From the NCBI GenBank assembly GCA_965198115.1, contig OZ240241.1:6816001-6880000 (forward strand): 64,000 bases of DNA. The letters are read 5' to 3'. Both the position numbers and the translations under genes were made by a program. The stretch comes from Candidatus Latescibacterota bacterium (GTDB lineage: Bacteria > Latescibacterota > UBA2968). Below are positions 50,297 through 58,872 of the stretch, piece after piece (within the stretch, counting starts at the first letter, position 1; every line of letters starts with the position of its first letter). Below the pieces are notes generated by a model. It ran no database searches, was not told where the DNA came from, and worked only from the letters and a program-made list of their open reading frames with translations.

Positions 50297-50700
50297 TGAT
50301 CCTCGTGTCTTTCAGTTTCTTCAGGTGCTTTAGGCTTGGTCGAGATGTAAAGCGTATCACCGACGGCGCACCCGAGCTCGGTCGCGGCGTGTCCGTAGCT
50401 GATGGCGATCTGCAGTCTGTGGTCCTCTTCGATCAGGGCGACCCAGTCCCCGCGGGGCACATCCTTGTAGTCCCTCCCCAGGAACGGTTCGACGGTTCGG
50501 TCACGAAAACGGGCTGCGAAAGTATCGCCGTGCGTGATGCCGTACTCTGCAAGCGTCGTGTCGCTGACGCTGGTGTTGATGTTCGCGAATTCTTCGCTGA
50601 TGCGCGTGACGGTAATCATCAGCTCGGGTCGCGCGTGATGGTCGGCGAGCGCAGATGCCACGAAAACGTTCAGGATGAGGATGAGTGAAATGGTTTTCAC
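50293..50700 (-). CDS. Secreted protein consisting of a SAM hydroxide adenosyltransferase (DUF62) C-terminal-like domain
   Basis: Signal-like VKTISLILILNVFVASALA; EFANINTSV...YKDVPRGDWVALI...LQIAISYGHAATELG..VGD matches my recollection of the SAM_HAT_C pattern. Confidence 0.65.
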   Translation of the reverse strand: MKTISLILILNVFVASALADHHARPELMITVTRISEEFANINTSVSDTTLAEYGITHGDTFAARFRDRTVEPFLGRDYKDVPRGDWVALIEEDHRLQIAISYGHAATELGCAVGDTLYISTKPKAPEETERHEDQ

Positions 50701-50858
50701 GATGGCTCCTTGGGTTGCACGTCTTCTTTCAGAACTGGCAATCGGCAACCAGTCCTCCTTCGATACAACCTAGTTATTGGTTGCAGTGTTTGCTACGCGG
50801 TCGTTGGATTCGCCACGAGGTCACTCAGGATGACCGGTTGCTGGCAAGTGTATTCTTC

Positions 50859-52092
50859 TCAGAGCCCACGATGAACCAAGTCGTCGTGCTCTTTTCGGAA
50901 TCCATCGCTTCCGTCATCCTCGATGACTTCGAGTGAGACGCCTGGTTGGAATCCTGGGAGGTTTCCCGCGTAGAAGGCGGCCTGATAGTTGCCTTCGTCG
51001 GTGAAGGACCAGACACGATGCTGGCCGGAATCACCAGGCCAGGTGACTCGCAGAATTCGGTTTCTGTGCGCGATAACGTTCCTTCGGGTTGGGGGAATCT
51101 TCGTCGACGCGATAGCGGTCGATCGCGGATTCGTCGACTTCGATGCCGAGGCCCGGCGCGTCACTGACGTCGATGTAACCGTCGCGCACTTCGAGGCGTT
51201 GCGTGAGAAGATCGCTTTCCCAGAGCTCGTGGCACGTGATGGCGGGATGTTGTGCGTGGGAAAGGACGGCGCCGAGGTGTGTGACGAAGGCGGTGGTGAT
51301 GCCCGTTCCAACTTGCTGGATCCAGAACGGCTTGTTGTGGGTGGCCGCCAGCGCGGCCTCCTTTCTGAACTCGGTGATGCCTCGACCGATGACGAATCCG
51401 TCGCAACAGTCGGCCTGCACGAGCTCGACGCGAAAGTGTTCGACGATGGGTTTTTGAATGTTCTGTCTCAACCTCGCTGCGCCAGGCATGTCTTCTGCCA
51501 GTCGAAACGGCGTCTCGAAGATGCCGACGTTGGGATGGAGATCGAGCTTTCGTAGGACCGTCTCCGCGTTGGCCTCGTTGAGAAGGAAACCGTTGAAGTC
51601 GATGTCGAATTTGTAGTCATCGGGTACGACGTTTCCAACTTGTTCGATCTGATCGTGTATATCGCGCCAGGGTCGGGCCTTCATCTTGAAGGAGGTGTAG
51701 CCCCGGCGCACCGATTCCTGCGCTTCGGCTATCCAATCATCGGGCGGCATGTCGATGTCCCACCAGGATATGGGACATCGGTCGCGGAGTTTCTTCCCGA
51801 GGAGGGCGTGTGCTGGCGAGCCGACCGCCCTTCCAGCCGCGTCGGTCACGGCGACCTGAAGACCCAGACCGATGTCGTCGTCGAGCAAGACATCGAAGAG
51901 GCCTTTGCCAACGACAACATTCGCATCGTGAGGCGAGAGGCTGTCGCCCCACCCGACAACGTCGTCGTCGGTGACGACGCGATAGACGAAGACGCGTTCA
52001 CTATGCGTGTTCGCCCTTTGCATGTGAGTGGTGACGTGATCTGCGTAGAAGGGGATGTCGAGCGCGATGCGTTCGGCTTTGGTGACTTTCAT
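50859..52092 (-). CDS. Enolase-superfamily (mandelate racemase/MLE) enzyme, frameshift near 51061
   Basis: FKMK, IDFN, FETP, PIVEH, APGLGIEVD; the C-terminal RILRVTW...HRGL is in an adjacent frame. Confidence 0.85.
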
Positions 52093-52093
52093 G

Positions 52094-53188
52094 TCAGTCC
52101 CTTCTTTGTTTCTCGATCAGTTCCTCGTCCCATTCGATGCCGAGACCCGGCTTGTCACTCATGTATATGAAGCCGTCTGATCGAAAATCGACGGGGAGCA
52201 TGAGCTTGTTCTTGAAAGCGGTCGGGTAGTTCTCGGTGATGAGACCGTTGTCGACGGCAGCCACACAGGTAGAGCCGATGTTGGGATTTCCGTGAGGGGC
52301 CATTTTGAGATGATGGGCACTGGCAAACGCGGCAACCTTGAGCCACTCGCTGATACCACCACACGTGTTGGGATCGAGCTGGATGATGTCTGCGGCCCCT
52401 GCGTCGATCAGGTCGCGCGCGCCCCAACGGGTGAATTCATTTTCTCCGCTCGCGATGGGTATGTCGAGCTTCTCGGCAAGTAGCGCGCCGCCACGAAAGT
52501 CGTCGGCGCGTACGGGTTCTTCGAACCAATACGGATCGTAAGGCTCCATCATTCGGGCGAAGCGGAGAGCCGTGCGTGCATCCCAGGCATTGTTGGCATC
52601 GACCATCAGTTCGATGTCGGGTCCGATTGCCTCGCGCACGGCCCGGACGCGTTCGGCGTCGTGAAGAAGCGTGACGCCGTCCCACCCGACCTTCATTTTG
52701 ACCGCCCGAAACCCGGCGTCGACGTAGCTCGTCAGCTCAGCGCAGAGGTCTTCGACCGTTTTCCCTTCCTCGTAATATCCGCCGGCAGCATAGGCAGCAA
52801 CTCTGTCCTGGACACCGCCGGCGAGCTTCCAGACGGGCTGGTTCAGCGCCTTACCCTTGAGATCCCACAGCGCGATGTCGACAGGGCTCATGCTGTTGAT
52901 GTAATCACCCTTGGCGACGGGTTTCCTCGCACCCCCCATGTACATCTGTTCCCACAGGTAACCGATCCGTAGGGGATCCTCGTCGATCAGCTTCTTGCGG
53001 ATGGCTCCGAGGATTTGGGCCTTCTTGACGCCCGACGCGCTGGTAGGGGACATTCCGACGATGCCCCCATCGGTGTGGATTTCGAGACGGCCGCCGCCGG
53101 AGGTCGTGGTCTTTTTAATCGAATTCCAGAACGGATTTTGGAGGGGGCCGAAGCTGACACCTGTGAGTTTCAGGTCGGTGATTTTCAT
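52094..53188 (-). CDS. Mandelate racemase / muconate lactonizing enzyme family protein
   Basis: DIALWDLKGK, VKMKVG, MVDANN, WFEEP, SGENE, APHG, KPGLG. Confidence 0.95.
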   Translation of the reverse strand: MKITDLKLTGVSFGPLQNPFWNSIKKTTTSGGGRLEIHTDGGIVGMSPTSASGVKKAQILGAIRKKLIDEDPLRIGYLWEQMYMGGARKPVAKGDYINSMSPVDIALWDLKGKALNQPVWKLAGGVQDRVAAYAAGGYYEEGKTVEDLCAELTSYVDAGFRAVKMKVGWDGVTLLHDAERVRAVREAIGPDIELMVDANNAWDARTALRFARMMEPYDPYWFEEPVRADDFRGGALLAEKLDIPIASGENEFTRWGARDLIDAGAADIIQLDPNTCGGISEWLKVAAFASAHHLKMAPHGNPNIGSTCVAAVDNGLITENYPTAFKNKLMLPVDFRSDGFIYMSDKPGLGIEWDEELIEKQRRD

Positions 53189-53248
53189 GGTGGCCCTGGG
53201 TAGACAGGAGTTTGTCGGCCATCGTAGGGGTCACGGCATGTCGTGAAC

Positions 53249-54097
53249 CTACTCGTCGATGACGCGCTTGAGGACGTTGGTGGCTTCCATTTCCCAGACC
53301 TCGTTGAAGACGAGAGGCTTGGGGCGAGGAGGCGGATACCCTGGGGGTGGATTGTTGGAGTCGTGGAGCTCGAGACGGTCCAGACCCCGAACCTGGTCCA
53401 GCCACTCGCGTTCTTCGGGGGAAGCATCGCATTTGCGTCGAAGGATGAATTCGACCCAGTCGAAAGCCGTAATGGCCACGTCCGCGACGAAGATGCGTTG
53501 GATGTCGTCGCCCGTCCAGGTTGCGAGGTCCGGCAGAAGGATGGGGCCGGTGCAGACCTGAAACTGTGGATCGTCCTGATTGATGTTGATGAGATTGACG
53601 GGGTACTCAGCCGTGACCGTGAATCCCTTGTCCTTATAGGTCGAAAACGCGCTCATCACGTCGTTACTGAGTGTGGCCTCGACGACCGCCTTGTCGTCTG
53701 CGAGGTCCTCGGTCTTTTCGAAAGATCGGATGTCGATCTTGTAGTCCTGATATCCCTCGTCAAGGGGTTTAGTCGAAATTGGTTCTGTTTCGGTGCTTGG
53801 CCGAACGGCAATGCCGAGGCCCGACTTTCGACTGAATGCCATCCGCCACTCGTTGCTGGGTATCTGGAAGAGATTCCGTCGGGCGATGGTGTACTCGCTA
53901 CGGCAGGGGGAGCCCAGGAAGCACTCGGAGGATGTGCCCGTTGAATCCTCGACGATTTCGCAGCGGGCGACGAGGTTGAAACGAACCTGGTAGGCTTCAC
54001 CTGGCTCGCCTACGTACCCGCCCATCCATTTGTAGTGCGGGTCAGGTTTCCACGGATGGCCGAACCACGTGAAGGTCGAACGGAAGAAGTCGATCAT
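53249..54097 (-). CDS. Hypothetical protein
   Basis: 282-aa ORF with GAGG RBS and coding-like composition; no family recognised. Confidence 0.75.
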   Translation of the reverse strand: MIDFFRSTFTWFGHPWKPDPHYKWMGGYVGEPGEAYQVRFNLVARCEIVEDSTGTSSECFLGSPCRSEYTIARRNLFQIPSNEWRMAFSRKSGLGIAVRPSTETEPISTKPLDEGYQDYKIDIRSFEKTEDLADDKAVVEATLSNDVMSAFSTYKDKGFTVTAEYPVNLININQDDPQFQVCTGPILLPDLATWTGDDIQRIFVADVAITAFDWVEFILRRKCDASPEEREWLDQVRGLDRLELHDSNNPPPGYPPPRPKPLVFNEVWEMEATNVLKRVIDE

Positions 54098-54119
54098 AGA
54101 AACCTCTTAAAAGCGGGGA

Positions 54120-54268
54120 CCACGGAATACACGGAACACACGGGAAAGAAAATCCAGAAACGGAACCACGAAATACACGAACGGATGGGCCAACCTAGGT
54201 GCCCTTATCAAGCACCGACACTTCCCCTCACATTCGTTCGGGGCAGGCTCCCGCTCAGTGTGTGACGG
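54120..54268. repeat. Composite repeat cluster: 9-mer arrays plus nested structured elements
   Basis: CCACGGAAT ACACGGAAC ACACGGGAA; CCACGAAAT ACACGAACG; CACTTC[CCCTCACATTCGTTCGGGGCAGG]CTCCCGCTCAGTGTGTGACGG. Confidence 0.8.
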
Positions 54269-54308
54269 TATTAATGTGCTCGGCCGAAGGGAATGTGTGG
54301 ATTGGTGT

Positions 54309-55131
54309 TCATTTGTGGTTCCCGTTTTCGAAACCGGCGAAGCCGTATTCCCTGAGGAAGTCGATCCACTTTTGGCGGACGGGGCTGTTGTCGGGGTTGG
54401 CTATCCAGTGCGCGGGGCGTTTTACGAGAGGAAAGGAATCAATTAGGCTGGTCTCTTGCTCAGCCCGTTCGCGGATCGACGCTTCGTCGTCCTCGCTCGG
54501 CGCGAAATATCCCACGCTGCACATCCTGCGGTCCGGTCCTCCGCCCCAGCTGGCGTGCCAGACGCGATTGTCGAAGGCAATGACGTCGCCCGGTGTGGAG
54601 TCGGCAGCGAAGGCGGGCACTTCATGCACGTCGAGGCCGGTTTCGTCTTCGACGCCTCGGTTGCTCTCCCTCAGGCGGATGTTCTCGCGGATGCTTGTGT
54701 GAAGCGGGTTCCGATGCGAGCCCGGGATGAAGCGCAGTGCACCCGTGGCGCCGTCGAGCGGCTGGAGATAGAAGGCGAACTTGACGCCTTTTCGATCGAG
54801 GTGTCCCGTGTCGGGATGCCATTCGGTGCGGTCGCCAGAGAAGGCGTTTCCGTTTGCGTACATGCCGACAACTTCGTCATCGAGAAGCTGTTCGGCGGGT
54901 TCGTGGAAACGCGAATCCTCCAGGAGTGATCCCAGGAAAGGCGAATCCGGTCCGAGGTTCGTCCAATTGTATTGTTTCCCGGATGCCGCGTTCGTCCGTT
55001 TGTTGGCGTGCGGTTGACAGCCGCACGTTGAATTCTTCGTCGGCGGTTGTGATCTCCTTCTGCAACAGGAGACCTCGGAAGATCACGAATCCGAAGACCT
55101 GGAAATGTCGTACCTGGCTATCGGTCAGCAT
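54309..55131 (-). CDS. PhyH-family dioxygenase, +1 frameshift at 54978-54980
   Basis: HFQVFGF...GIR, then KQYNWTNLGP...EWHPD, FIPGSH, PGDVIAFD, WHAS. Confidence 0.88.
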
Positions 55132-55184
55132 GTTGTCCTCCGTAGAACCGAATGCATCGTGCTTCGTAATTACCGAATCCGTCG

Positions 55185-55211
55185 CACTTCGACTCCCGCT
55201 CAGTGTGACGG
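55185..55211. repeat. Structured intergenic element CACT-TCGACTCCCGCTC-AGTG-TGACG
   Basis: Uninterrupted counterpart of 54219-54268; core identical to 32197. Confidence 0.8.
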
Positions 55212-55252
55212 GTCGTTTTTTGAGAAGGATGACGGCGAACCGCCCCTGTCAT

Positions 55253-56266
55253 TCATTTGCTGGGAAGCTTGACCATTTTCCGGAGCGCGTTAAGTGGATC
55301 GGGTGTCGGGATGTCCGGTTTGAGCTGTGGCCAGGCCGTGGCGGCGACTTCTCCAACGTAGACGTCCCCTCTCGAATCGACGGTGAGGCCGTGGGGTGAG
55401 ATGAACTGGCCCGGATCGTTCCCGGCTCCGTGGTAGTCCCCGATGCGTGCGAGCAGGTTACCCCCATTGTCGACGATGCTGACGCGCGGACCGAGATTCG
55501 GCACGTTCCGGTTGACGGCCATCGTCGGACCACATTCCCCGATGTAGCAGACCGAACATTTGCCCGGTGGCATGTAGAGGCCGCTCGGCCGGTGAAGGTT
55601 GTTCCACTGCGTTTCGTAGTTCCCCTGGCCATCGAAGACCTGGACGCGGTGGCTCTCGCGGTCGGCAACGTAGACCCAACCATCTGCGTCGCAGCAAATG
55701 TTGTGCGGAATGTTGAATTCGCCCGGCATTGTGCCGGGCCCGCCCCACGAAAGCATGAGTTTTCCGTCGGGCGAGAATTTATGGATGCGTGCGTTCCCAT
55801 AGCCATCGGAGACGTAGAGATCGCCTTCAGGCGACATGGCCGTATGCGTGCAGCGATGGAAAGGCTCCTGACTCATATACGGTGACGGCTTGCCAGGAAT
55901 GCCGAGGGTCATCAGGACTTTGCCATCGAGCGTGCACTTGCGGACGGTATGGTCGCCGTCATCCGTCAGGTAAAGGGTATCATCGGGTGCGTAGTGCGCG
56001 CCGTGAGCGCGAGGGAAGGTGCCTTCGCCCCACGAGCGCAGGAAGTTTCCTTCTCGGTCGAAAACGAGCATTGGATGAGGGCCGCGATTGAACACATAGA
56101 CGTTGTCGTTGCCGTCGACGGTGACGGATCCGACCTCGCGCCAGGCCATTTCGGGTGGCACCTTCGCCCAGCCGTTGATGATCTCGTAGCGGTATTCGCC
56201 TTCTCCCTGGATGTTCAGTGCTGTTTGCTCTCTGCCGGTGGTGGTAGTGCCTACGGCCATGATCAA
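55253..56266 (-). CDS. NHL-repeat protein, peptidyl-alpha-hydroxyglycine alpha-amidating lyase (PAL)-like
   Basis: VYVFNRG, RAHG, YVSDGYGNARIHKFS, FNIPHNI, YVADRESHRVQVFD, SPHG. Confidence 0.88.
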   Translation of the reverse strand: MIMAVGTTTTGREQTALNIQGEGEYRYEIINGWAKVPPEMAWREVGSVTVDGNDNVYVFNRGPHPMLVFDREGNFLRSWGEGTFPRAHGAHYAPDDTLYLTDDGDHTVRKCTLDGKVLMTLGIPGKPSPYMSQEPFHRCTHTAMSPEGDLYVSDGYGNARIHKFSPDGKLMLSWGGPGTMPGEFNIPHNICCDADGWVYVADRESHRVQVFDGQGNYETQWNNLHRPSGLYMPPGKCSVCYIGECGPTMAVNRNVPNLGPRVSIVDNGGNLLARIGDYHGAGNDPGQFISPHGLTVDSRGDVYVGEVAATAWPQLKPDIPTPDPLNALRKMVKLPSK

Positions 56267-56381
56267 GCCCTTTCATCGAGGGAACAGCGATATCCGATGT
56301 CAGACTGATGATATCAGATATCTGGTATGCAGATGTCGGGCCATCTACGCAATGCTCAATTTAGCATCGAGCGTCGAGTAT

Positions 56382-56856
56382 TCAAGAATCGAGAGACTGG
56401 AGGGTGTCTGATGACCCGAGCGTGAGGATGAAGTTGACGGTCTGCTGGACTTCGCGAAAGCCGATCGCTTTGTGGAACTTCTGGCTTCGCTTGTTTTCGA
56501 CTTCGGTACTGCTGGCGAGGACTGACGCACCGACTCGGGTGGCGAGTTCGCGGACGAGGTGGGTCGCTACATCTTGACGGCTCGTGGGGCTCGACGTAGA
56601 TCCCTTCGAGATACCAAACTGGACGTTCGTCGGCTCCCGTCACATAGTCCGTTCGGAGCTCGCCCTCGGTGAATCCGACGGGGTTGTCGGCCTCATCGAA
56701 CGCCAGCAGCGTGAGTGCCTCGCCCTGGCGTTGCCGGTTCTGGTAGTAGGTCAGCGCTTCGCGACAGTCGTCTTCGTCGTCCTCCCAGAAGCGGTATCGC
56801 ATTCCGGCCCAGATGTCGAAGAGGTCCGGGGTGAGTGGTTTGAAGTGGATGTTCAT
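56382..56856 (-). CDS. GNAT acetyltransferase, AAC(6')-I-like, +1 frameshift at 56586-56589
   Basis: GFTEGELRTDYVTG...YLEGIYVEP, then in the corrected frame SRQDVA...LASSTEVEN..SQKFHKAIGFREV. Confidence 0.75.
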
Positions 56857-56872
56857 TTGGTCTGGGCCGGGT

Positions 56873-56900
56873 GTAGGACCACGGCATGGTGTGGTCCTAC
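56873..56900. repeat. GTAG-type REP hairpin
   Basis: GTAGGACCAC...GTGGTCCTAC, perfect 10-bp stem just downstream of the 56908 gene. Confidence 0.75.
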
Positions 56901-56907
56901 GGTCACG

Positions 56908-57900
56908 TCAGCCATTCAATCCCGGGGTAAACAGGACCATGTCGTCTTCCAGCGACCGGGCGGGCTTGATCCCTAGCTTGTCGAGTTTATTTCGGTAGGC
57001 TTTGACGCCTTCCTCGGGGCAGATCTGGTCGTCGGCGACATCGCGGAGTACTTCTACGAAGGCGCGCGGGTCTTCGGCGCCTTTGATGCGGCGACCGAAG
57101 AGGGATACGCGAGCGCCGTGCTTTTTGGCCTCGGAGATGAGTTTGTAAGCATCGTAGGTAGTGCTTGTGACGCCGCCCAGAATGCCGACGATGACGGAGG
57201 GGTCATAGTTGACGAGGGCTTCCATCGATTCCGGGCCGTTATAGGCGATCTTGAGAAACTTGGGGCGGGAAGCCCGTGGGATGCCGGCAAGCATCCTGGC
57301 GATCTGATCGATGACGTAGGTTGGAATGTCGTCTTCCGGAATTCCGCAGTCCTCGACGTTGGGGTTGAAGACCTCCAGGAAGTAGCGAAACTCCTTCTGG
57401 GCGGCTTCGATGCGGAACTCCTTGAACATTTCGAGGGAATACCAGTCGGCGTCGAGATCGTTGTTGAAGGTGACAGAGTAAAGGCCGAGATCGACGTCGG
57501 GTGTCTGATCCGCGCTTGGAAGAAGGGTGCCATACTGCCCCTCTTCGATCGTCGTTGTCGCATAGGGTCGTGATGGCTCGTTCGAATATCGGGCACCTCG
57601 CGCTTTCCAAAGATCGGTCGTGTCGTTGGCGCGAATGGCCGGCGTGACGGATGAACTGTCGAAGCAGCGCTTTTCTCTTGCGAGGATGTCCATGCTCGAT
57701 ACCGATGTAAGCAGGATGTCGATTTTGGCTTGCTCGATCAGATCGACGAGGGTCTTGCAGTACATCTGGATGGAATAGTTCGGTCCGAATGTGGCGACGC
57801 CGCCAGACATATCGGAGTCAGCGGCATACGCGATGATGAATGCATCGCTGTTCGGGTTCGTGCGAATATCTTCCAGCTTCTTATCGAGCGACTTCTGCAT
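56908..57900 (-). CDS. Putative class I aldolase-like TIM-barrel protein (DeoC/LacD-like)
   Basis: RANDTTD, YFLEVFNPN, FLKIAY (candidate Schiff-base Lys), GILGG, LFGRRI. Confidence 0.6.
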   Translation of the reverse strand: MQKSLDKKLEDIRTNPNSDAFIIAYAADSDMSGGVATFGPNYSIQMYCKTLVDLIEQAKIDILLTSVSSMDILAREKRCFDSSSVTPAIRANDTTDLWKARGARYSNEPSRPYATTTIEEGQYGTLLPSADQTPDVDLGLYSVTFNNDLDADWYSLEMFKEFRIEAAQKEFRYFLEVFNPNVEDCGIPEDDIPTYVIDQIARMLAGIPRASRPKFLKIAYNGPESMEALVNYDPSVIVGILGGVTSTTYDAYKLISEAKKHGARVSLFGRRIKGAEDPRAFVEVLRDVADDQICPEEGVKAYRNKLDKLGIKPARSLEDDMVLFTPGLNG

Positions 57901-57915
57901 GGGACTCCTCTTCGA

Positions 57916-58872
57916 TCAGGTCATTCTGTAGGCGCGGGCAGCCGTGTCGTGGAATAGCGAGACGCGATCTGAATCGGGCAAGTGAGCGACCCACGCGTCG
58001 AACATCTCGTAAAGTCGGTGAAGGTTGATGCCCTGGACCTTTTCGACAGGGTAGTTGCTCGCGAACATACAGCGTTCGCAGCCGAACCGTTCGATCGTCT
58101 CGAGCACGTGTTGTTGGACGACGGCCTCTTTGTCGGCATCCTCGTGAAAACCTGCGCATCCGAACCAGAGCATCGACAGCTTGACGTGAACGTGCGTAAG
58201 TTCGCAGAGCGCTTGCATGCCCTCGCGCCACAGTTGCTCGTGCGCATCGTCTTCCCCGTCGTGAATGTGACCGAGATGGTCGAGGATGATCGTGGTTTGC
58301 GGGATGTCGCGTAGGGCTTCTGCGGCCTCCGTCAGTTGGTGAGGATTACATTGCAGGTCGAAGGAAAGGCTCTTGTCGCCCAGGAGTGAGATGCTTTCAC
58401 GGAAAATTTGGCTCTCCATAAATTCGCCGTGCTCGATCTGGGACCACGTCAGATCCGGATTGGACGGATGGTGGTTCAGGATCATCCGGACGCCTCTGAA
58501 TCGCCCCATCGCCGCTTCAGCGTGTCGTTCGAGCATTCGTTCGGTATTCGCCACATCGCGAGCAAGGTGAACGTAACCGACGATGCCAAACGGATGCTCG
58601 GTCTCAGTCGGCTCCATCTGTTCGGAAACCCATCGGGTCTCACCGACGGCGTCGAGGCGATGCCCTCCGTCCATTTGGCCGACGACCGTTTCGACGTGAA
58701 CGCTCGAGGCGATCCTGAGCGATCCCGGCAAACCGGCCATCTCGCTGCGGTAGTCTCCACCACGGTAGACGGGGAGGTGATGTTCGACTGCAGCTCCGAG
58801 ATTCGGATTCGGTCGGGTGTTGATGTCCCACAGATGAAAATGAGGGTCGCAGACGGGAATCGTATTGCTCAG
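57916..58872 (-). CDS. Amidohydrolase_2 family (lactonase-like) protein with an apparent CTG start
   Basis: The frame extends 44 codons upstream of ATG 58740 to include CDPHFHLWD; SVHVE, FRGVR, ILDHLG, RCMFASNYP. Confidence 0.85.
   Translation of the reverse strand: MSNTIPVCDPHFHLWDINTRPNPNLGAAVEHHLPVYRGGDYRSEMAGLPGSLRIASSVHVETVVGQMDGGHRLDAVGETRWVSEQMEPTETEHPFGIVGYVHLARDVANTERMLERHAEAAMGRFRGVRMILNHHPSNPDLTWSQIEHGEFMESQIFRESISLLGDKSLSFDLQCNPHQLTEAAEALRDIPQTTIILDHLGHIHDGEDDAHEQLWREGMQALCELTHVHVKLSMLWFGCAGFHEDADKEAVVQQHVLETIERFGCERCMFASNYPVEKVQGINLHRLYEMFDAWVAHLPDSDRVSLFHDTAARAYRMT

Noticed and set aside
54248-55211. Direct repeats flanking the PhyH gene as ends of a mobile cassette
   Set aside because: The shared 15-mer belongs to a dispersed repeat family whose core also occurs at 32197; no recombinase is present.
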